Source: Candidatus Hydrogenedentota bacterium (GTDB lineage: Bacteria > Hydrogenedentota > Hydrogenedentia > Hydrogenedentales > SLHB01). From it: 64,000 nucleotides of DNA. Location: the NCBI GenBank assembly GCA_963674865.2, contig CAXXYE010000010.1, positions 32,001 through 96,000 on the forward strand, given 5' to 3'. This document shows positions 9,841 through 19,340 of this stretch, one piece after another. Position numbers and translations under genes: made by a program. The stretch's first letter is position 1. The number at the start of each line of letters is the position of its first letter. The notes under the pieces were generated by a model. The model made no database searches, had not been told where the DNA came from, and saw nothing but the letters and a program-made list of their open reading frames with translations.

Positions 9841-9891
9841 GTACGGATCGGGTGGGTGCACCGGGAGGCTCGGTGATTGAGGAGACAAGTG

Positions 9892-9920
9892 TTGCGGGCC
9901 GCGCCCGGTGGAAGTAGAAT
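9892..9920 (+). promoter_or_regulatory. Putative sigma70 promoter of hicB
   Basis: TTGCGG-N17-TAGAAT upstream of an AAGGAG RBS. Confidence 0.5.
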
Positions 9921-9950
9921 GGGGGCAATTGGCACAAAGGAGAGGCGACG

Positions 9951-10184
9951 ATGCGGCTTCAACACACGATCACGGCGGTGATTCGCCCCGGGGAACAGTC
10001 GGATTACGTCGCTGAATGCGTTGAGATACCGGTTGTTACACAAGGGACCACGCTGGATGAAACCGTCGCGAACTTGCGCGAGGCCACCGAACTCCACCTT
10101 GAGGGGGCGGATTTGGCGGAAATTGGCCTGGCCGCAAGCCCAACGGTAGCCATCACCATGGAGCTGGAGCCTGTGGATGCCTAG
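9951..10184 (+). CDS. hicB: HicB-family antitoxin without a DNA-binding domain
   Basis: YVAECVEIPVVTQGTTLDETVANLREATELHLE is a typical HicB partial RNase H fold. Confidence 0.85.
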   Translation: MRLQHTITAVIRPGEQSDYVAECVEIPVVTQGTTLDETVANLREATELHLEGADLAEIGLAASPTVAITMELEPVDA

Positions 10185-10850
10185 CAGTCCGTGGCCGACG
10201 CCTCTTTGTGGCGAGGCATCTCAGGCGACGCCAAGTGAACGTTGCGGGGATTATCGGAGCCCCTGTTGCCTTCCGGAGGCGGATATGCGCCCAGACGGCG
10301 CCTCCGAAGGTGCTTAGGCGTTCTGCCAGCGCGATCTGACTGTTTCCTGTTCCCCTTGAGAGCTGTTCATGTAAGCCCTTGGGCGTTCCGAATCCGTCCA
10401 TCCGCCGGAAGATGAGACTAAGGTTGAAGGCGCCCACGTGAATGAGCAGGCGTTTGAGGATGTTGTCGTGATGGCGCAGATGGGTGCGCCGCATCGCGCC
10501 CGTCTCGTAGCAGTGGGCGAAGCTGCGTTCGATGAGTTCGCCGCGTTTGCGCAGCAGTTTCTTGCCGTACGCGCCGCAGATGCGTCTGCGGTTGGCATAG
10601 ACCGCGTCGCGTTCCTCGGTTTTGCCTTCCCACTTGCGCCGGCCCCGCTTGGATTCGCTCATGCACGTCCTCAAGCCCGCCTCTTGCAGGTCGCGCGTGG
10701 TGTCATTGCTGTGGTACCCCTTATCCAGAACCACTTCCCGGGCGGCTCGAGATGGCGGCGCGCCTCGGATTCCGCGGCGGCCGTCTGGAGGTTTTCCCGC
10801 GCCTTATCCAGCGTCGGCTTCACCGTCTCCGTATCGCCGAGGTCAACGTG
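10181..10850 (-). mobile_element. Truncated, frameshifted DDE insertion sequence (IS1182/IS5-like), 3' part only
   Basis: DLGDTETV...ARENL, then a frameshift near 10740 to EVVLDKGYHS...IERSFAHCYETGAMRRTHLR...LIHVGAFNL. The element appears to end at ...GCCACGGACTG-CTAG. Confidence 0.8.
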
Positions 10851-11042
10851 CTGAACTTCTTGAGCGCCCACGCCGGCCGCTCCGAGCTCATCGATTTTGG
10901 GAAGCGCTTCAAAGACCGCGCCGAGAAGGTCCCCCTCGTCCACGGTGAAAACGGCGCCCTCGCAGCCCTCCAATCCGGCCTCCAAGCCGAAGGCTGCACC
11001 AACACCCACATCCAGGAAGAAGGCGTTCCTGTTGAGTTCTAG
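10836..11042 (+). pseudogene. 3' remnant of a beta-CASP/MBL-fold RNA-metabolising hydrolase
   Basis: AEVNVLNFLSAHAGRSELIDF...VPLVHGE...stop matches the SAHA and VHGE motifs. The rest of the gene is absent. Confidence 0.72.
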
Positions 11043-11779
11043 GCGGCCCGGTCCGTGTCGCCCTTTCGCGGTGGTTTGCGAAAACAACCGATAAGATTGA
11101 CTCGAATCCCCGACAAGGCTGAGAAGCGGCTTACCAGGCGCTCATAGAGCATGCCGCAATAGAACACGGCAACGTTCATCACGAGGTAGTTGGGCGAGCA
11201 CTCTCGCGATACCAGTTCTATCTCCTCAAAACCAGCCTGAGTGAATTGTCGCCGGACATCCTTGAAGCTGTTGAGCTTGTAGGCGGTAGGGAAAGTGTCC
11301 TCTTCCAGCCGCCCGCGCCTTCTGTTGTACCATTCGTGAAACGTATGGGGCGTAAGGCTCGCCATGGCCGCGACATAGTGCCACTTGTTGGGGGTGAGGA
11401 AGAGAAACCTGCCACCGGGTCTAAGGACACGCCTCACCTCCTTGAGAAATAGCGGCGGATTGGCAACGTGTTCGAGGACGTAACGAGAGAAGACAACGTC
11501 GAACGAGTTGTCTTCGAACGGCATGTGGATTAGATCGGTGTGCACGCCTCGATCAAGCAGGGGATTGTTCTCGACGCGCTCGTCTAGGTCGGCGCCCACC
11601 ATCTCGGCTACCCGGCCCCGGAAATCGTATTGAAAGAGGTCTCCCGCGCCTGCCCCAGCGTCAAGAACGTGACTCTCGGGCGCTATGTGTCTTTCGATTG
11701 CTCTGAGAAAGAACGGGTCATTGCTGCGCCGGTCCGGAGGGTAGCAGCGGACCATTGCCCTTTCGACGCGTTCACTCAT
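11039..11779 (-). CDS. Class I SAM-dependent methyltransferase
   Basis: VLDAGAGAG, MPFEDNSFDVV, VLEHV, VLRPGG; ATGA coupling to wzy. Confidence 0.9.
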   Translation of the reverse strand: MSERVERAMVRCYPPDRRSNDPFFLRAIERHIAPESHVLDAGAGAGDLFQYDFRGRVAEMVGADLDERVENNPLLDRGVHTDLIHMPFEDNSFDVVFSRYVLEHVANPPLFLKEVRRVLRPGGRFLFLTPNKWHYVAAMASLTPHTFHEWYNRRRGRLEEDTFPTAYKLNSFKDVRRQFTQAGFEEIELVSRECSPNYLVMNVAVFYCGMLYERLVSRFSALSGIRVNLIGCFRKPPRKGDTDRAA

Positions 11780-13176
11780 TGAGCGCATACGTTTGTATCC
11801 CCAGGGACAGTTGAGATGTTATGCCCGTAAAGCTCACAGGAATTGACAGGCCCGACAATACGTCTTCCCGCGCAAAAGATGAGAAACATCGCGAAGACAA
11901 AAGCATCATTCCGGAACATAAAAATCGTACTGGAGCGCAGGAGAATGATGTACCACAGGGAGGCGAACAACAACGCGGCCAGGCCGTCGGATCTTGAAAG
12001 GGCCTTGATAATGAACCGCGAGGCAAGAAATCCGACGAAGAACGGCAGAATGAAAAGGCCGGGCACACCAAAATCAGAATAGATGTATCGTAGCCACGTG
12101 AAGACGTTGCCGGCGCGGCGCCAATGGTAGTCCGGTTGATATCGGACATACTGATGCTCCCATGAAACAAGCTGCTCCGGAACGGGGATTGACTCTGGGA
12201 CTATCCGAAGCAGTCTAAGCCACTGCTCGATGCCGAAGAACGACATTCGTCCCCAGGTACGCTCGCTGGTGTCATCAATAGTGCTGTCAAAGCCTATAAG
12301 GGTGCCGATATTGTAGTCTATGACCTGAACGACGCTCAGGGGCAAGGATAGGTTTCCAACCGCTCTGGTCTTGGTCTCTCTTGTCTTCTCTCCGATAGTA
12401 TTCATGACGAAGATGCCGCCCGCGAGAACGAGGACAAGCAGGATCTTCCCGGGCTTGGCCGCCTTCTTCGCCAATTGTCTCGCCCCATGTTTCCATTGGA
12501 GCGCAGCCTGCGGCAGGGGAAGGAAGACACTAAGCAAAAAGAACAGAAGCAGCATATCGAAGATGTGCGAACGGCTGCCCCAGCCGCAGTCATATAAGAC
12601 GGTTCCTGCCAGGGGCAACAGGACGCCGTACCAGGCTTTCCTGTTGACAACGATTAGTTGTAACGTGCCCAGGATAACGGCGGGATATGAAGCGCCAAGA
12701 AGAAGTGAACAGTACTTCGCAGGAAGCCCGAGAGGCGTGCCGCCGTACATAGCCAGTCCTTGCGAAGTCCGGGCGGTCTTGAGTTCCCTGGCATGGCTGA
12801 ACACGTTGCCGAACGTAAGCCAACTGGCGGCGAAAACGATTAGCCCGGCCAGCAGCGCGATTAGACCGCACGCCAGTGTCCAACGCCGAAGCGCATCGCG
12901 ACGGAATTCCCAAGATTGCGCAACCACGGTGCCGGATGCTGCAAGAACGAGGCACTCACTCACATAGATAGCGATGAGCGGGATCGCGGAATAAATCAAG
13001 GCCCGCTCGGTGAGCGGGCGGTAATACATGAAGTCGGCCCAGTGGATGAACCATATCGCGCCCCAGATAAGGGCGTACAAACCTGTTGGCGATATCCCGC
13101 TACCGACGGTTCTCCGCCACATGACACGTGATAGGCAGAAGAGAAGGCCGCTCAACACTATGAGAGAAAACAACAC
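11776..13176 (-). CDS. wzy: O-antigen/oligosaccharide repeat-unit polymerase (Wzy)
   Basis: About 10-11 hydrophobic segments, GSR after a TM helix, large loop ending NVFTWLRYIYSDFG; polysaccharide locus context. Confidence 0.8.
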   Translation of the reverse strand: MLFSLIVLSGLLFCLSRVMWRRTVGSGISPTGLYALIWGAIWFIHWADFMYYRPLTERALIYSAIPLIAIYVSECLVLAASGTVVAQSWEFRRDALRRWTLACGLIALLAGLIVFAASWLTFGNVFSHARELKTARTSQGLAMYGGTPLGLPAKYCSLLLGASYPAVILGTLQLIVVNRKAWYGVLLPLAGTVLYDCGWGSRSHIFDMLLLFFLLSVFLPLPQAALQWKHGARQLAKKAAKPGKILLVLVLAGGIFVMNTIGEKTRETKTRAVGNLSLPLSVVQVIDYNIGTLIGFDSTIDDTSERTWGRMSFFGIEQWLRLLRIVPESIPVPEQLVSWEHQYVRYQPDYHWRRAGNVFTWLRYIYSDFGVPGLFILPFFVGFLASRFIIKALSRSDGLAALLFASLWYIILLRSSTIFMFRNDAFVFAMFLIFCAGRRIVGPVNSCELYGHNISTVPGDTNVCAQ

Positions 13177-13230
13177 CGTGACTACGCCACCATTTAGGGA
13201 TACGACGCGATCAGCACCGCTTTTCCAGAA

Positions 13231-14196
13231 TCATACCAGATATGTTTGCGCCGTCGTATGCGCTCGCAGCCTCCGCGAGCATACAAGCCTCCCGCACTGC
13301 AAGACGCTATGGAAGTGCTGAAAGGCCGCGGCATGATGCCGGAACCACGCCGGTGATTCCCTCCTCTTGGCGTAAGCCAGGACTTGATGACAGAGGCCCC
13401 TGGCCGCGCACAGGGCGGCAAATCTGGCAACCGCCACAAGATGTTGGCAGTCGTAACGATAGAAGCGATATACCACTTCGATACCGGCGTTTTCGGCCCG
13501 CTGCTTGGTGTATTTCTCCGTCATGCGGCTCGCAGGAACGCAATGCTCGAGAACGGCTCCGGGGGCGTACCAGACCACGAGGCCCGCTTCGTGCAGCTTT
13601 CGCGCCAGGCCGGACTCGCCGTCTCCACGGTACCGAATCAGGCTGCGGTTCCCGAAACCGTCGGGATTGAAGCCTCCAACGTCTAAGAGGGCCTTCTTCC
13701 TGACGGCCATATTGCATCCCACGGCGCTGCCGAAAGGTGGAATGGCATGTGCCTTGTCGCCAAGGTCAAGCGCGCTGAGAGACGACGAGAAGAGACCAAC
13801 CCATTCAGGTGGCGACGATTCGTATCGCAAGACAACCTTCCCGGCCACCATCGCAACGTTGGCGTCGTCAAAAGGTGCGATCATGGCTGAAAGCCAATCC
13901 GGCGGGCAGATGACATCGTCGTCGATAAAGATCAACAAATCGCCCCGCGCCGCCCGCGCACCCGCGTGGCGCGCGTTGTGAAGGCCTGTCCTTCGCTCAT
14001 GAACGTACCGAAGTGTGCATTGAGAAGTCTCTTCACACAACGCCTGGAGGCCTTGCGTCGGTGTCTCGGCGTTATCGACTATGATGACCTCGAAGGACCC
14101 GCGGGGCGCATCCTGGTTCCCGATGCTCTGAAGCGCCTTCGCAAGCGGGTCGGACCGCTTGTACGTCGGGATGATCACACTCGCCTTCATAGTCAC
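13231..14196 (-). CDS. Glycosyltransferase family 2
   Basis: SVIIPTYKR, EVIIVDN, FIDDD, GCNMAVR, GGF. Confidence 0.92.
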   Translation of the reverse strand: MTMKASVIIPTYKRSDPLAKALQSIGNQDAPRGSFEVIIVDNAETPTQGLQALCEETSQCTLRYVHERRTGLHNARHAGARAARGDLLIFIDDDVICPPDWLSAMIAPFDDANVAMVAGKVVLRYESSPPEWVGLFSSSLSALDLGDKAHAIPPFGSAVGCNMAVRKKALLDVGGFNPDGFGNRSLIRYRGDGESGLARKLHEAGLVVWYAPGAVLEHCVPASRMTEKYTKQRAENAGIEVVYRFYRYDCQHLVAVARFAALCAARGLCHQVLAYAKRRESPAWFRHHAAAFQHFHSVLQCGRLVCSRRLRAHTTAQTYLV

Positions 14197-14223
14197 CCAA
14201 ACCGTTGTGTCGCTCAGGACGTC

Positions 14224-14976
14224 CTAGTGCCGGCTCGCATCAGAGGGGTGGCCCTCCGAAAGGGCGTTCTTGCAGATGAAGATATCTATCAAGGACAGCG
14301 ACGGTACCGCGGCCACTTGGAATAAATCGTGCAGCCACCGGAACCACGCCGGCCGCCGACAGATCACCTTGCGATAGACGAAGGGCACGGTGAGCGTAAC
14401 GCCTTTAACCTTCTCAATCCGAAAGCCCGCTTCCGTGAGTAGCCGCCGATTCTCCCAGTAGGGCCGTTCTCCGATGTGATTCGTCTCGATGTCGGTGCGG
14501 TCTAGGCGTCCAAGGGCAGCCATGCGAAAACGCGAGTTCCAGTGGGCGAGATTGGGGATGGAGATGATAAAGAGCCCGTCCTCTTTAAGGACGCGCGAGA
14601 TCTCCACGAGGGCTTTGGGCTGATCCGCATAGGCGAGGTGCTCGAATACGTCCAACAGCAAGACGACATCGAACCGATTGTCCGAAAAGGGCATACCAAG
14701 AACCGAGCCGCGCTGGACATGCTCGCTTTCGTAGTTGAGATCGATGCCCTTGACGTCATATCCCTCGGATGCAAACTGCTCGACAAGAACGCCCTCCCCG
14801 CAGCCGGCGTCGAGGATTCGCATCTCCTTTGGCAGCGCCCGAATGAGGGCCTTGATATAGGCCATCTTGCGGAGATACGTTGGCGTGAAAGACCAATTCG
14901 GATCGAGATTCCGGTGAAAGTCGCCCTGCTCAGCATATATCCAGCCTCGGAAGGCCTTTTGATCGTTCTCTTTCAT
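14224..14976 (-). CDS. Class I SAM-dependent methyltransferase
   Basis: ILDAGCGEG, MPFSDNRFDVV, FEHL, SIPN. Confidence 0.9.
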   Translation of the reverse strand: MKENDQKAFRGWIYAEQGDFHRNLDPNWSFTPTYLRKMAYIKALIRALPKEMRILDAGCGEGVLVEQFASEGYDVKGIDLNYESEHVQRGSVLGMPFSDNRFDVVLLLDVFEHLAYADQPKALVEISRVLKEDGLFIISIPNLAHWNSRFRMAALGRLDRTDIETNHIGERPYWENRRLLTEAGFRIEKVKGVTLTVPFVYRKVICRRPAWFRWLHDLFQVAAVPSLSLIDIFICKNALSEGHPSDASRH

Positions 14977-15017
14977 TTGGCGACAAGTCCCACGATTTTA
15001 GACATGTGTTTGGCCGA

Positions 15018-16496
15018 CTACCGAGTGCTGGCTCTTCCCAGCGCCTTCAGCAACATGTTCTTAGTGCTGAGGACGAAGTCGCGATCCAAGATCCAGAGCA
15101 TCCCCATATACACTATCGCTCCCACGAGAACAAGTGCCGCCAAAATGACGGGTTGTGGCACGGCGCCCATGGTGCTGCCCGCCAGCACCTTGAGGGCACT
15201 CACAGAGAGGGCCATAGCAGCGCATGCATAGAAGACACTCTTGCCTTGTTGCCAGAGATAGAATGGCGATGCTCCCAGTACTTTCACATATAGGAAGATG
15301 TGGATCGGTATCGCCAGTAGCCCCGCGGCTACCCTGCCCGCGACAAAGACCTTCATACCATATTGGATTGCAACGACGTAGGTCGGCAAGAAATAGAACA
15401 GTTGTGCCCACATCAGCTTTGTGTTGAGGTCGGGCCTCCCTATTGAGCGATACAGCTCCGCGTTTGCACCCACCAGCCAACTTCCTCCCCCTAGCAGCGC
15501 CAGCGCCCCTAAGACGAAGCCAAGTCCTTCCCATTTCTCGCCGAATAGGACGTGGGCGATCTCAGGTGCTGTCAGCAATAGTCCAAGGCCTACAGGACAG
15601 GCCATCGCAATAATGATGCGGTTTGCCTTGTCGAATGTGGATCTGAGTTTGTCCTTGTCTTCCTGGAGACGGGACAATGTGGAATAGAGCACGGGGAGAA
15701 ATGGATTAAGGAGGAGCCCGAAAAGAAGAGCCGATATGCTCCAGGCAAGCCTGTAGACTCCCAGCTCACCGACGCTGAGGTATTTTCCCACGAGCAGTTG
15801 ATCGCCCCAAGCGATGAGCCACACTCCGAAGGCTTCCAGGATAACCCAGAAGCCGAAGCGGAATAGCCGAGCTGCTATGGCGAAATCGAAAGAGAGAGAA
15901 GGGCGCCACGGACTTGCCAGCCAGAGAATGGCCATGTTAAGGCCCGAACCGACCAGCGTGCCCGTAACCAGTGCCCACACGCCACACCCAAGAAAGGCCA
16001 GGGGAATGGAGAAGAACGCCGGCGTCAGGGCCACGGCGAGTTTCGCCCAGAAGAGCTGGCGGAAGTTGAGGTCGCGCATGAAAAGGAATTGCTGAACGGA
16101 CGTGAAAGAGAGAACTAAGATCTGAATCCCCAATACCCGCAAGACTGGTGCCGACTGAGGAGAGTTGAAGAACTCTGCCAGGAACGGCGCGCCAAGGAAT
16201 ATGACAATGTAGACCAGCGCGCCAAGCGTGATGTTTGTCCAGAAGACCACGTTCGCGCTTTTCTCGATAGGGGCGTTCGTTTGAACAAGTGCCTTCCCGA
16301 GGCCGGCATCAAGGAACATTCTCGAGAAACTTATGGCGATCATCGCTGTGCCGACGATACCGAAGTCCTCCCGAGCCAGTAGGTTTGCCAGAACGATGAG
16401 CACAAGCGGCTGCGCTGCCCGCGCGACTCCCTCCATCATCGCCGACCACTTGAGGGAGGCCGTGGCTCTATGGATTACGTTTTCCTTCGTGCTCAT
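15018..16496 (-). CDS. wzx: Polysaccharide flippase (Wzx, WzxC-like)
   Basis: LANLLAREDFG, DAGLGKALVQ, GVWALV, ELGVY, LFGEKW; about 12 TM segments; ATGA-coupled start at 16496. Confidence 0.88.
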   Translation of the reverse strand: MSTKENVIHRATASLKWSAMMEGVARAAQPLVLIVLANLLAREDFGIVGTAMIAISFSRMFLDAGLGKALVQTNAPIEKSANVVFWTNITLGALVYIVIFLGAPFLAEFFNSPQSAPVLRVLGIQILVLSFTSVQQFLFMRDLNFRQLFWAKLAVALTPAFFSIPLAFLGCGVWALVTGTLVGSGLNMAILWLASPWRPSLSFDFAIAARLFRFGFWVILEAFGVWLIAWGDQLLVGKYLSVGELGVYRLAWSISALLFGLLLNPFLPVLYSTLSRLQEDKDKLRSTFDKANRIIIAMACPVGLGLLLTAPEIAHVLFGEKWEGLGFVLGALALLGGGSWLVGANAELYRSIGRPDLNTKLMWAQLFYFLPTYVVAIQYGMKVFVAGRVAAGLLAIPIHIFLYVKVLGASPFYLWQQGKSVFYACAAMALSVSALKVLAGSTMGAVPQPVILAALVLVGAIVYMGMLWILDRDFVLSTKNMLLKALGRASTR

Positions 16497-17698
16497 GCTC
16501 TCGGCCCCTTCCTGCGAGATGGATGGAAGAACTGCATTCCGGGACAGTCCACAAATCGCCAGGGGAAGGAAGGATGAGCGGGATTGGCGGCCACCTGAAA
16601 CAGGAAAGCCAGACTCAGACTGCGAAACCACGTGGGAAACATGGAACTCTGCCACATACCGACACTCGTCAGAGGATGACCATACTCCAGACTCTGATGC
16701 TTGCGGAAAACCCAGCCACCGTCTTCATTCTGGTTTACCAATACCCACGGAAGTGCCTTCTCGAAAGCACGGCGGATGTCAGGCCTTCTGTAATCAAGTT
16801 GGTGATAGAGCCGGGCCAGGGGGTCGAGGGTGTCGATGTCCTCACATGCGCTTGAGTTCATCGCCACGCCGAATCCGCCAAGTCGATTCTGAGTTGCCAG
16901 GCAACTGTCGACAATTCGTTCCCGATATCGGATGAAACGTCCGTCGTAGAAATAGAGTAGCCATATATGATAGCCGGTTTGGACACCTTGGGAGAGGTGA
17001 TAGGGTGAGTCGAACCGAGTGCCCCACAAGCCCGTGCTCGGATCCTGTCGCTTGTCCAGCCATCCATACATCTCCTCCAGCGCATCCTGCGCCCAAGGCT
17101 CATTCTGGAAATCTCGTGCGTACTGCAGCATCGTTCCGTAGTTTTGGACTTCATTGCTGACATTGGCCGCCGACACACCCCACGCTCGAGATTCAAGCCA
17201 CCTTGTCATCTCACCAGGCCTCTTGAACATCTCGACCACGCGGAAGGGCTTTTGCGCTACGGCATTCAGGCACGCCAACGCCATGATTGCGTGAAGTGTC
17301 ATATGCCGCGATCCCCACCAGTCCGCCTCTTCCGCTAGGGGACAGTCAATGCGGGGATCACGGAATAGCCCGTCGTCATGTTGATGTCTCTGGATGTACC
17401 TCGCCCACTGCGCTCTTTCGGCGCGTGACAAGTCATCAAGATCGTCGAAGAGGTGCCTGACCAACGTCGCGTAACACGAGGCGTAGAGAAGACAAGGTCC
17501 CGCAGCGCTGAAGGCATAGGCCCCGATCTCTTGACCTGCGCAATGATTGCGCTTCACGTAGCTCAGCGTTGAGGCCCGAACTCTAGTCAGGACATCGGCG
17601 TCTTCCTCAGTCCGGGCCACTTGGCGACGGACTTGAAGCGGTAGGTACATATCTGTAAGCAGGCGTCTCAGAAGACGCTGCGCGACGTGTTTTTTCAC
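16493..17698 (-). CDS. Prenyltransferase/squalene-cyclase repeat (alpha/alpha barrel) protein
   Basis: Four QW-like repeats: HQHDDGLF, RQDPSTGLW, TQNRLGGF, NQNEDGGW. Start uncertain (GTG 17698 after GGAAAGG, or ATG 17650). Confidence 0.7.
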   Translation of the reverse strand: MKKHVAQRLLRRLLTDMYLPLQVRRQVARTEEDADVLTRVRASTLSYVKRNHCAGQEIGAYAFSAAGPCLLYASCYATLVRHLFDDLDDLSRAERAQWARYIQRHQHDDGLFRDPRIDCPLAEEADWWGSRHMTLHAIMALACLNAVAQKPFRVVEMFKRPGEMTRWLESRAWGVSAANVSNEVQNYGTMLQYARDFQNEPWAQDALEEMYGWLDKRQDPSTGLWGTRFDSPYHLSQGVQTGYHIWLLYFYDGRFIRYRERIVDSCLATQNRLGGFGVAMNSSACEDIDTLDPLARLYHQLDYRRPDIRRAFEKALPWVLVNQNEDGGWVFRKHQSLEYGHPLTSVGMWQSSMFPTWFRSLSLAFLFQVAANPAHPSFPWRFVDCPGMQFFHPSRRKGPRA

Positions 17699-17715
17699 GC
17701 GAGCCTTTCCATGGG

Positions 17716-18726
17716 CTATGGGCGCCGTTCGCGACTTGACCTGTGTGAACGCTCCTTCGTCATCTCGAGGACGAAGTGGCAATACACGCCCTGGCCCAGT
17801 TCTTGTTTGTTTCTCAAGACATGTATGGTGCAGTGCATCCCCCGTTCCTCCGCCCTGGAAACGACGCGCTCGTTTAGTCTCTCGACATCGTACTTCCTCG
17901 AAAAGGGAATACCCCAGGACGAGGGTCGCAAGTACGCGGTTGCGCCCGAGTCGGCCCATCCCTTTCCGTAGTACTCGGGCGAGGAATAGCCGCAGTAATG
18001 CGTATGCATATACAGGGGGACGACAATCCCCTTTCCGCCAGGTTTCAATAGCCTGGCGACTTCATCGACAAGAAGACTGTCGTCATTCCCAAGAAACACT
18101 TCGTAAGCGCACTGCAGGGACATGCAATCAACAGACTCAGATCCAAACGTGGTCTTCGTTGCGTCCATCTTACGGTAAGTCTTCAAGCGCCGATGGATCG
18201 GAGGGATCTTCAGGTCAATCGCGATGGCGTTGATCCCCTTCGCGTTAAGAACTCGAACCCATGGACTTCCGCAACCGGCCACATCGATATACAAGAAGTC
18301 CTTGGTTCGGGCTTGCGCATGATCCGGGAGAGCATTCCGCAATCCGCACATCTGGGATGCGATGAAATGCTCCAATAGCTTCTCGTTTCGCAATGCGGAA
18401 TTGCTGGTGAAGTAAGTGGCTGGAAAAGGGAAGCTTTTCTTGAAACGCTCAAAATCCTGCGGCGAAATAACCAGCGGCCTCACAGAATTGCCAGTGGCGC
18501 GGAGGCTTTCCTCAATCTCTGCTACCTCGCTGTCGGCGGGCTCGCAATATGGCTCCGCGAGCCTGTGTTTGTGCAGATAGTACGGGGCTGTCAGGAAACG
18601 TCTAGCCCGTCGATGCGCTAAGCCAGCGCTCGCCACAAGTCCGTAACGGGCAATCTTCCTCAAGACGTCATAGGACAATTCGCCTCTCCCCGGTTCATTG
18701 GCATCCACGGCGTTAACATCCGGCAA
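17716..18726 (-). CDS. Divergent SAM-dependent methyltransferase
   Basis: YIDVAGCGS, AIDL, FGSESVD, EVARLLKPGG. Start uncertain. Confidence 0.72.
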   Translation of the reverse strand: MPDVNAVDANEPGRGELSYDVLRKIARYGLVASAGLAHRRARRFLTAPYYLHKHRLAEPYCEPADSEVAEIEESLRATGNSVRPLVISPQDFERFKKSFPFPATYFTSNSALRNEKLLEHFIASQMCGLRNALPDHAQARTKDFLYIDVAGCGSPWVRVLNAKGINAIAIDLKIPPIHRRLKTYRKMDATKTTFGSESVDCMSLQCAYEVFLGNDDSLLVDEVARLLKPGGKGIVVPLYMHTHYCGYSSPEYYGKGWADSGATAYLRPSSWGIPFSRKYDVERLNERVVSRAEERGMHCTIHVLRNKQELGQGVYCHFVLEMTKERSHRSSRERRP

Positions 18727-18892
18727 CTACACACAGACCTACAATACCGGATTGGTGATCTGTTGTCGCGGACTCTCCCTCTCAAGAATCCGGTAGTCCT
18801 CTTCTGGGAGAGATATTCCCTCGAGTCTCTCTTTCGGAAGACCGGCCCTCTGCGCAATTTGGGTGATTCCCGAGACACACTAACTCTGGGAT

Positions 18893-19312
18893 CTAGTGCC
18901 GTGTCTTCGCGGCGGGGAAGCGCTCTTTTTCCTGTTCGCCGACATAAGGGCCCTGCTTGATTTCGAGGAAAGACGTGTCTTCGATCATTCGGAAGCCGTG
19001 GCCGCCGCTCACGAGAACCAGAACGTCGCCCGTCTTCAGTTCCCGGCTGCAGAACGGTGACTTGTCGCCGAGGTAGAAGTCCACCCAGCAGTGTCCGTGC
19101 CTAACCAGGAGCACTTCGCTTGTTCCGTGAAGGCAGCGCTCCATCTCGTGGTGAATGTGGGGGACGATGGCACCGTCCTTCGGATAGACAATGAAACCGA
19201 CCTGTTGTTTGTAGGAATCAGGCGTGATGAATTCCGAGGCCGACGGGTCGTAGTCTGAAGGAATGATTAGGCCCAGGACGTCTTCCCCATGCTTGATCCA
19301 TTCGATTCCCAT
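18893..19312 (-). CDS. Cupin-fold protein
   Basis: PHIH...SEVL...GD...GGHGF...EIKQGPY metal-binding cupin pattern. Confidence 0.78.
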   Translation of the reverse strand: MGIEWIKHGEDVLGLIIPSDYDPSASEFITPDSYKQQVGFIVYPKDGAIVPHIHHEMERCLHGTSEVLLVRHGHCWVDFYLGDKSPFCSRELKTGDVLVLVSGGHGFRMIEDTSFLEIKQGPYVGEQEKERFPAAKTRH

Positions 19313-19340
19313 GATCTCATTCTCTCCGTACGTTGAACGC

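Noticed and set aside
8680..9888. 402-aa minus-strand ORF
   Set aside because: Antisense shadow of the URO-D gene with no motifs; expected from high-GC codon bias.
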